The translations under genes were made by a program, and so were the position numbers. The notes below the pieces were generated by a model that saw nothing but the letters and a program-made list of their open reading frames with translations, made no database searches and was not told where the DNA came from. A stretch of DNA of 32,000 nt from Mycolicibacterium smegmatis (lineage in GTDB: Bacteria; Actinomycetota; Actinomycetes; Mycobacteriales; Mycobacteriaceae). The first letter of the stretch is position 1. Each line of letters starts with the position of its first letter. Below are positions 8,881-14,661 of the stretch, piece after piece. The stretch spans positions 1,770,001 through 1,802,000 of the forward strand of contig NZ_LN831039.1 in NCBI RefSeq assembly GCF_001457595.1. Direction: 5' to 3'.

Positions 8881-10529
8881 GGGTTTGCCTTCTGTAGCAC
8901 GAGAAGGTTTTTCACCAGGTTCTCGGTGTCGGGGGTGCCGAGTCCGGTCACCAGGTCGTAGCCGGGCCCCGCGGTGGCGACGGCGTTGCCGCCGAGCGTG
9001 ACGTCGCGGAACGCGGGAAGGGGTGCGCCGCGGGCGATCTGGTAGAGCATGGGGTTGAGATCGCCGATGGCCCGGCCGCCGTTGGCGACGAGGTACTGGT
9101 TCATGACCGCGGCGATGCCTGCCCACAGCGGGGCGGCCTGGGATGTGCCGCCGCCCACCAGGACCTGGTTGTTCAGAACGATTTTCACGCCCGTGAACGG
9201 ATCGGCCACCGCGGCGATGTCGGGGGTCAGCCTGCGCTGCGCGCCACCGTCGTCCGGGGCGGAGAACCCCTGCTGCCAGTCGGGGCGGTCGAACAGTGCC
9301 GAGACGCCGCCGCCGGTGCCCTGTGACAGGGGGACGTCGAACCAGGCCTGCTCGGCGAGCCAGGCGCCGTCGGCCGTGGTGGACAGTGTGGTGCCGCCGA
9401 CGTCGGTGATCTCCGGAAGCGACGCGACCGAGTCCAGGCCGATGTCGTCGTCGCCGGGTGCGGACGACCAGTCCTGTCCGCCTTTGCATTCCAGGCCCGC
9501 GAGATCGCCGCTGGCGTTGAAGGCCGTGGTGCCGCGGGTGTGCGCGGCGGCCAGCGCCGAGCGGACGGGTGCGAGATCGGCCGCGGTGATCAGCTTGTCG
9601 CAGCCCCAGCCGATCGAAAAGCTCCACACCGCACCGGGAAACTGCCGGTCGGCGTCTTCGAGCATCTGCCCGATCTTCTCGTAGGCACCGTCGCCCTGGA
9701 CCGTGGGACGCGCGTTGACCACGACCTTCCGCGCGTCGGGGGCGATGGCGTGGGCCACCTGCAGATCCATGGTGGTCTCGCCGCGCGGTGTGCTGGGTTG
9801 CCCACCGACGAGGATCGGGGTGAACCTGGGCAGGTCGAAGGTGTCGGCGTACGTGTCGAGATCGGCTTGATCGAATCCGTCGAACGCGAAGATGACGATC
9901 GTCTGGCCCTTGCCGGTGTACCCCTGTTCGGCCAGGCCGCGCAGGTTGTAGGTGTTGAGCAGCAACTGCGGCGTGAGCCCGCGGTCGGGCACCTCGGCGG
10001 GCAGGTGCTGCAGGTCAGGGGTGTTCATCCGGTACGGGGTGTAGCCGAGGATGCGGCCGACCTCGGTGACCTCTGAGCGCACCGGTTCCGGGATCGACGG
10101 CTGTTGCGGAGAGGCGTAGAACTCCTGACCGCGTCGGCCGCGGTAGTCGTGGATGTCCACCTCGAAGGCGGCCGCCATGTCGGCGGGCGGGCCCTCGACG
10201 ATCGCCCATGTGTCACCGTGGCGCCACCGCACCGAGAGTCCGCGTTCGCGCGCCCACGACGTGAGGGCCTCGGGGGACCCGTCGAGGGTGACGGTGAGCT
10301 GAACGGGCCCGCCGTCGGCTGGGCCCAGATCGGTTGAGGCCGCGAGCAGATGAGCGTACGGGCCTGCGATCTCGGCCGGTCCGTGCCCATCCGGCCCCGA
10401 GGTGATCCGGAAAACGGAGATCAGCAGTGCGCCGATCATGATCAGCGCGAGTGACCAATGCGTATGCCAATGCCTGAAGCCGCCGGGGTTACGGATGGAT
10501 ACGCCGACGTGACGTGTTGTACCAGCCAT
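8877..10529 (-). CDS. Peptidase S53 (sedolisin/kumamolisin family) with a pro-kumamolisin-type prodomain and an N-terminal membrane anchor
   Basis: 550 aa. The TM is WSLALIMIGALLISVF. A prodomain-like segment reads VQLTVTLDGSPEALTSWARERGLSV...AAAFEVDIHDYR. The catalytic elements are GETTMDLQVAHAIAP (Glu/Asp), FNASGDLAG (oxyanion Asp) and VGGGTSQAAPLWAGIAAV (Ser nucleophile). Confidence 0.85.
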   Translation of the reverse strand: MAGTTRHVGVSIRNPGGFRHWHTHWSLALIMIGALLISVFRITSGPDGHGPAEIAGPYAHLLAASTDLGPADGGPVQLTVTLDGSPEALTSWARERGLSVRWRHGDTWAIVEGPPADMAAAFEVDIHDYRGRRGQEFYASPQQPSIPEPVRSEVTEVGRILGYTPYRMNTPDLQHLPAEVPDRGLTPQLLLNTYNLRGLAEQGYTGKGQTIVIFAFDGFDQADLDTYADTFDLPRFTPILVGGQPSTPRGETTMDLQVAHAIAPDARKVVVNARPTVQGDGAYEKIGQMLEDADRQFPGAVWSFSIGWGCDKLITAADLAPVRSALAAAHTRGTTAFNASGDLAGLECKGGQDWSSAPGDDDIGLDSVASLPEITDVGGTTLSTTADGAWLAEQAWFDVPLSQGTGGGVSALFDRPDWQQGFSAPDDGGAQRRLTPDIAAVADPFTGVKIVLNNQVLVGGGTSQAAPLWAGIAAVMNQYLVANGGRAIGDLNPMLYQIARGAPLPAFRDVTLGGNAVATAGPGYDLVTGLGTPDTENLVKNLLVLQKANP

Positions 10530-10566
10530 TACCGCAGCGGCTTCAGGTCAGAGGTTTCGAGCGTGA

Positions 10567-10857
10567 CTATCCGGTGTTCTCGCGGTTGCCCGGGATGGCC
10601 GTCTGCGGGCCGGGCGCCTTCACCGAGGGCGTGAACAGGTTGCCGCCGGTGGGGTTGATCGACTTCTCGGTGGGCTCGACCGGTGGCGGCGGCGCCGGGG
10701 TCTCGGCCGGCGACGTGGTGGTCGTCGTCGTGGTGGTGGTCGTCGTGGTGGTCTCGGGAGCCTCTTCTTCGGAACCGCACGCCGCGGTGAAGGAGATCAT
10801 CCCGATAACTGCCGCACCGCCTGCGATGACGGTGAGCCGACGGGTCAACTGTTTCAT
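10567..10857 (-). CDS. Small Thr/Pro-rich lipoprotein
   Basis: 96 aa. The signal peptide and lipobox are MKQLTRRLTVIAGGAAVIGMISFTAA-C-GSEEE, followed by T13 and then a PAETPAPPPPVEPTEK linker. An AGGA lies about 9 nt upstream of the ATG. The gene ends 37 nt upstream of the S53 gene on the same strand. Confidence 0.75.
   Translation of the reverse strand: MKQLTRRLTVIAGGAAVIGMISFTAACGSEEEAPETTTTTTTTTTTTTSPAETPAPPPPVEPTEKSINPTGGNLFTPSVKAPGPQTAIPGNRENTG
10714..10752 (-). repeat. 13 consecutive Thr codons (ACC/ACG) within the lipoprotein gene
   Basis: This is read directly. On the plus strand the tract is (GTG/GTC)n, which produces the spurious poly-Val ORF 10514-10996. Confidence 0.95.
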
Positions 10858-11177
10858 GGTCTGGGTGTCCTCACTGTCCCCCGGTGGTCAAGATTCGGCC
10901 TTCGGTGAATCCGTCTGTGAAGCGCGGTGGATCCCCACTCTTTGCAACGCAAATCGTGGCCCAGCCCCATCCCGAAGCGGGTTTCTGGTGTCCTGACTTT
11001 AACGTACTGGGGAAACAGGCGCAGGGGCATTGTTGCGGGCTCTGTTCCCGTTCACGGCAGGTGTTCCGACATGACCCTGCGAGGGGCCTCTCAGGGGCCC
11101 GCGGATGGTCACCGAAACGGCCCGCTGAAAGAGCGTTCGGGTATTGGCCAGGTGGTGGCCGCAGCGTCATCGGCAGC

Positions 11178-11206
11178 TTGACGGTGTCGGTGGGCCGGTG
11201 TTTACT
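11178..11206 (+). promoter_or_regulatory. Candidate imuA' promoter: TTGACG -35, 17-nt spacer, TTTACT -10, with TGTCGGTG embedded in the spacer
   Basis: TTGACG is at 11178-11183 and TTTACT at 11201-11206. TGTCGGTG (11185-11192) lies exactly 8 nt upstream of the -10, resembling the mycobacterial RecA-independent (PafBC-type) motif tTGTCRgtg-N8-TAnnnT, although the -10 is TTTACT rather than TAnnnT. The predicted +1 is about 11213, at the edge of the SOS box. Confidence 0.45.
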
Positions 11207-11213
11207 CGAGCAA

Positions 11214-11229
11214 TCGAACATACATTCGA
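11214..11229. promoter_or_regulatory. LexA (SOS) box upstream of imuA'
   Basis: TCGAACATACATTCGA compared with the mycobacterial consensus TCGAAC-N4-GTTCGA gives 15/16 matches counting the spacer as free, with one G-to-A change. It lies 37 nt upstream of the imuA' start. It also contains a TACATT -10-like hexamer (11221-11226). Confidence 0.8.
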
Positions 11230-11265
11230 ACATGATCGGATTCTGATGGTGCGGGAGGTGCTGGT

Positions 11266-11985
11266 GTGACAGCTGCGGCTGACCTTGATGTGCGCCGCCT
11301 GACCCGCGCTGAGCAGGTAGAACACCTGCGCCGCAAGATGGCCTCGGTATCGGCCAAGGTATCGGCCAAGGTGGGCTCGGCGCACCGCGGGGTGTCCGGG
11401 TCCGATGATCTCATTTCTCCCGCAGGGGATTTGCTGGCCGGACCGGAATCGCAGGACGGGACCGCGCCGGAGCAGTTGCCCAGGACGTTGCCGCGCGGCA
11501 CGGTCGCGGTCGCGAGAGGCGCCAGGTCGTTGACGCTGGGCATGGTCGCGGCGGTGACGGCCGCCGGTGGTCACGCCGTCATCGTCGGCCAGCCCGATGC
11601 CGGGCTGCTGGCAGCGGTGGAGATGGGCGCCGACCTGAGCCGTCTCGCGGTCATCCCGGATCCGGGTGCGGACCCTGTCGAGGTGGCCTCGGTGCTCATG
11701 GACGGCATGGACCTGGTGGTGCTCGGGCTGGGCGGGCGCTCGGTTCCGCCGAGTCGCACGCGGGTGATGACGGCGCGGGCCCGGCAGAAAGGTTGCACCC
11801 TGCTGGTGACCGACGGGGACTGGCAGGGGCCATCGGCCCGGCTGGAGGCCAGGGTCTGTGGTTACGAGGTGACCGGCGCGGGCCGCGGTGAGCCGACACC
11901 GGGCCGCGGCCGGATCGGGCGGATCCGGTTGACGATGCGCAGCAGGGGGCGGGCTCTCGGCCCGGTACGTGCGGTGGGCGGTTAG
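11266..11985 (+). CDS. imuA': ImuA' (RecA-fold SOS mutasome accessory protein lacking an ATPase P-loop)
   Basis: 239 aa. It sits immediately upstream of imuB (2-nt gap) and behind an SOS box, with a GGGAGG SD at 11253-11258 and a GTG start. The RecA/SulA-like core is [48 protein letters not shown]. No GxxxxGK[ST] occurs anywhere in the protein. Confidence 0.9.
   Translation: MTAAADLDVRRLTRAEQVEHLRRKMASVSAKVSAKVGSAHRGVSGSDDLISPAGDLLAGPESQDGTAPEQLPRTLPRGTVAVARGARSLTLGMVAAVTAAGGHAVIVGQPDAGLLAAVEMGADLSRLAVIPDPGADPVEVASVLMDGMDLVVLGLGGRSVPPSRTRVMTARARQKGCTLLVTDGDWQGPSARLEARVCGYEVTGAGRGEPTPGRGRIGRIRLTMRSRGRALGPVRAVGG
11347..11370 (+). repeat. Perfect in-frame 12-bp tandem duplication (GTATCGGCCAAG x2) in the imuA' N-terminal region
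   Basis: Read directly. It encodes VSAK-VSAK. Confidence 0.95.
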
Positions 11986-11987
11986 AC

Positions 11988-13565
11988 ATGCCCGAGGGTT
12001 CCCGGGTGCTCGCCCTGTGGTGCATGGACTGGCCCGCGGTCGCCGCGGCCGGTGCGGCGGGACTGCCGCCGACGGCCCCGATCGCGGTCACGCTGGCCAA
12101 CCGGGTGATCGCGTGTTCGGCCGCGGCGCGCGCCGCCGGGGTGCGCCGCGGTCTGCGGCGGCGGGAAGCGCAGGCCCGCTGTCCGGATCTGCATGTGGTG
12201 ACGGCGGATCCGGCCAGGGACGCCAGGCATTTCGAGCGCGTGACCGCCGCGGTGGACGAACTCGTGCCGCGTGCCGAGGTGCTGCGGCCGGGGCTGTTGG
12301 TGCTGTCGGTGCGTGGCGCGGCCCGGTATTTCGGATCCGAAGACGCCGCGGCAGAACGCCTCGTCGACGCGGTGGCGGCCACCGGGGTGGAGTGTCAGGT
12401 CGGCATCGCCGATCAGCTGTCCACGGCGGTGTTCGCGGCCAGGGCCGGACGGATCATCGCGCCGGGGGAGGACGCGTCGTTCCTGTCGGACCTGTCGATC
12501 CGCCAGCTGGCCACCGAACCGGCACTGGCCGCACCGGACCGGGATGCCCTGGCCGATCTGTTGTGGCGCATGGGTATCCGCACTCTGGGGCAGTTCGCGG
12601 CGTTGTCGCGTACCGATGTGGCCTCGCGGTTCGGCGCCGATGCGGTGGTCGCCCACCGGTTCGCGCGCGGTGAGCCGGCCCGGGCGCCCTCGGGCCGGGA
12701 CCCGGCCGCCGAACTCGACGCGGTGCTGGATTGCGATCCACCGATCGAGCGGGTGGACGCCGCGGCCTTCGCGGGACGCTCACTCGCGGTCACCCTGCAC
12801 CGCAGCCTGGAGGCGGCCGGTGTCGGCTGTACCCGGCTGGCCATCCACGCGGTCACCGCCAACGGCGAACAACTGGAACGGGTCTGGCGATGCGCCGAAC
12901 CGCTGACCGAGGACGCCACCGCCGACCGGGTGCGCTGGCAGTTGGACGGCTGGCTGAACCGCCGCACCGACGACCGGCCCAGCGCGCCGATCACGGTGCT
13001 GCGACTGCGGCCGGTGGAGGTGGTCTCGTCGGCGGCGCTGCAGTTGCCGTTGTGGGGTGGTATCGGAGAAGAGGACCGGCTGCGGGCCAGGCGTGCCCTG
13101 GTGCGCGTGCAGGGGCTGCTCGGGCCGGAGGCCGTGCAGGTGCCGGTGCTCAGCGGCGGACGGGGCCCGGCGGAGCGCATCACGTTCACCGCGCTGGGGG
13201 ACGAGCCGGTGCCCCAGGCCGACCCGCGACAGCCGTGGCCCGGTCAGCTGCCCGAGCCGTCGCCCACCGTGCTGCTCGACGATCCGGTGGAACTGCTTGA
13301 CGCACAAGGCAACCCGGTCCGGGTGAACAGCCGGGGCCTGTTCTCGTCCGATCCGTCGCGGCTGTCGGGCGCCGGGAAACGCGACGGTGTCCTGCGCTGG
13401 TGGGCCGGGCCGTGGCCGGTCGACGAGCGGTGGTGGGATCCGCAGAACCGCGGCACGGGGCGTACGGCGCGCGCGCAGGTGCTGCTCGGTGACGGCGAGG
13501 ACGCGTTGGCGCTGCTGCTGTGTTACCGGCAGCGGCGGTGGTATCTGGAGGGTGCCTATGAGTGA
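11988..13565 (+). CDS. imuB: ImuB (catalytically dead Y-family polymerase-like mutasome scaffold)
   Basis: 525 aa with a Y-family fold, but the acidic catalytic residues are replaced. LWCMDWPAVAA stands in place of the DinB-type hvDmDaFfAsvE, and LSVRGAARYF stands in place of SIDEAFLD. The ATG is 2 nt after the imuA' stop. Confidence 0.93.
   Translation: MPEGSRVLALWCMDWPAVAAAGAAGLPPTAPIAVTLANRVIACSAAARAAGVRRGLRRREAQARCPDLHVVTADPARDARHFERVTAAVDELVPRAEVLRPGLLVLSVRGAARYFGSEDAAAERLVDAVAATGVECQVGIADQLSTAVFAARAGRIIAPGEDASFLSDLSIRQLATEPALAAPDRDALADLLWRMGIRTLGQFAALSRTDVASRFGADAVVAHRFARGEPARAPSGRDPAAELDAVLDCDPPIERVDAAAFAGRSLAVTLHRSLEAAGVGCTRLAIHAVTANGEQLERVWRCAEPLTEDATADRVRWQLDGWLNRRTDDRPSAPITVLRLRPVEVVSSAALQLPLWGGIGEEDRLRARRALVRVQGLLGPEAVQVPVLSGGRGPAERITFTALGDEPVPQADPRQPWPGQLPEPSPTVLLDDPVELLDAQGNPVRVNSRGLFSSDPSRLSGAGKRDGVLRWWAGPWPVDERWWDPQNRGTGRTARAQVLLGDGEDALALLLCYRQRRWYLEGAYE
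13041..13058 (+). other. Beta-clamp-binding motif QLPLWG within ImuB (codons 352-357)
   Basis: CAG TTG CCG TTG TGG GGT was read in frame. It fits the Qxx[LM]xF/W-type clamp-binding consensus. From memory it matches the motif described for mycobacterial ImuB. Confidence 0.7.
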
Positions 13566-14617
13566 GACGTGAGACGCTGCGCGAAAGCGCCGACGCGTGA
13601 GATGAACCGGTCGAAGAACACCGTCGGGTCCACCTCCATGCCGATCAGCGCATTGGGTCGCCGTCCCCAGTGCCCGCGCCAGTCGGCCACCGTCATCCCG
13701 CGGGTCAGGGTGCCGGTGAGTTCGACGTCGACGGTGGTCTGGCGGCACCGCACCAACTCGGGGTCCAATGCGACCGCGGCCGCCAGTGGATCGTGCAGGT
13801 GCGCGAGATAGCCGTCGCCGGTGTCGAAGTGGAACTCGAAGTAGAAGCGCATCGCATCTTCGAGCACGCGGATCAGCGGGTTGGCCGCCGTCGACCGGGT
13901 GCCGCGCTCATCGCGCACGCTCATCGCCGTCGACGGGGACCCGGCCGCTGTCGCCAACCGGTTCAGCAGCGCCGGGGTCATCGCGACGTTCTCGGTGAGG
14001 TTGAGACCGAGCACGATCGGGACGTGTGCCGGGGCGGCATCGTCGCCACGGCCGCCCCAGGCGGCGTCCCACCCGCCGAACACCTCGGCGGCCGACTCGG
14101 GGTCGACGCTGATGTTCCACTCGGCGACCGGTGTGGTGTTGCCCTTGTAGTCGAAGGCGCCGCCCATGATGACCAGTCGGCGCATCAGCCTGGGCAGTGC
14201 GGGCTCGGCGCGCATCGCCAGCGCCAGGTTGGTCAGCGGGCCGGTGGCCAGGCCGATCAGCTCACCGGGATGTGCGTGCGCGGCGCGGATCCAGGCCTCG
14301 GCCGCGTCGTGCGTGGTGAGCATGCGGTCGGTGGCCGGAAGCCGGGCGTAGCCCAGACCCTCGGGGCCGTGGGTGTCCTCGGCGGTGCGCAGCGGGGCCG
14401 CCAGTGGTTGCTCGGCGCCGCGCGACACGGGAATGTCGGGGGCTCCGCACAGCTCGAGCAGCCCCAGGTTGTTGATGCAGACCTGGTGCACCCCAATGTT
14501 TCCCGCGGTCGACGCGATGCCGACGACATCGGCGTCGGAGCTGGCCAGCAGGTAGGCCAGGGCCATTGCATCGTCGACACCGGTGTCGACATCGGCGAAC
14601 ACGGGCATCGGTGACAC
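13556..14617 (-). CDS. iunH: Inosine/uridine-preferring nucleoside hydrolase
   Basis: The N-terminal signature is FADVDTGVDDAMALAYLL (DxDxxxDD), with later GPLTNLA and VAEWNISVDPESA. The GTG start at 14617 lies 7 nt after a TATCGT -10-like hexamer (minus strand, 14630-14625). An alternative ATG is at 14608. The 3' end overlaps the imuB 3' end by 10 nt. Confidence 0.9.
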   Translation of the reverse strand: MSPMPVFADVDTGVDDAMALAYLLASSDADVVGIASTAGNIGVHQVCINNLGLLELCGAPDIPVSRGAEQPLAAPLRTAEDTHGPEGLGYARLPATDRMLTTHDAAEAWIRAAHAHPGELIGLATGPLTNLALAMRAEPALPRLMRRLVIMGGAFDYKGNTTPVAEWNISVDPESAAEVFGGWDAAWGGRGDDAAPAHVPIVLGLNLTENVAMTPALLNRLATAAGSPSTAMSVRDERGTRSTAANPLIRVLEDAMRFYFEFHFDTGDGYLAHLHDPLAAAVALDPELVRCRQTTVDVELTGTLTRGMTVADWRGHWGRRPNALIGMEVDPTVFFDRFISRVGAFAQRLTSHS

Positions 14618-14661
14618 GCCGCCAACGATAGGCCCCGGCGGACACCCCGCTCAAATGACGA

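Noticed and set aside
8881-9627. 249-aa N-terminal extension of tracked ORF 7648-9627
   Set aside because: The extension is extremely Arg-rich and overlaps the S53 peptidase gene out of frame. The ATG at 8880 overlaps the S53 stop and begins a sensible protein.
10514-10996. 160-aa plus-strand ORF containing a poly-Val run
   Set aside because: The poly-Val run is the off-frame reverse reading of the Thr13 tract of the minus-strand lipoprotein gene. That gene has a proper signal peptide, lipobox and SD.
14625-14634. ACGATAGGCC, matching one half of the 3139-3174 palindrome, upstream of iunH
   Set aside because: Only a single half-site is present with no inverted partner. A 7-mer match of this kind is expected by chance in 32 kb. 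It is better explained as the TATCGT -10 element of iunH on the minus strand.
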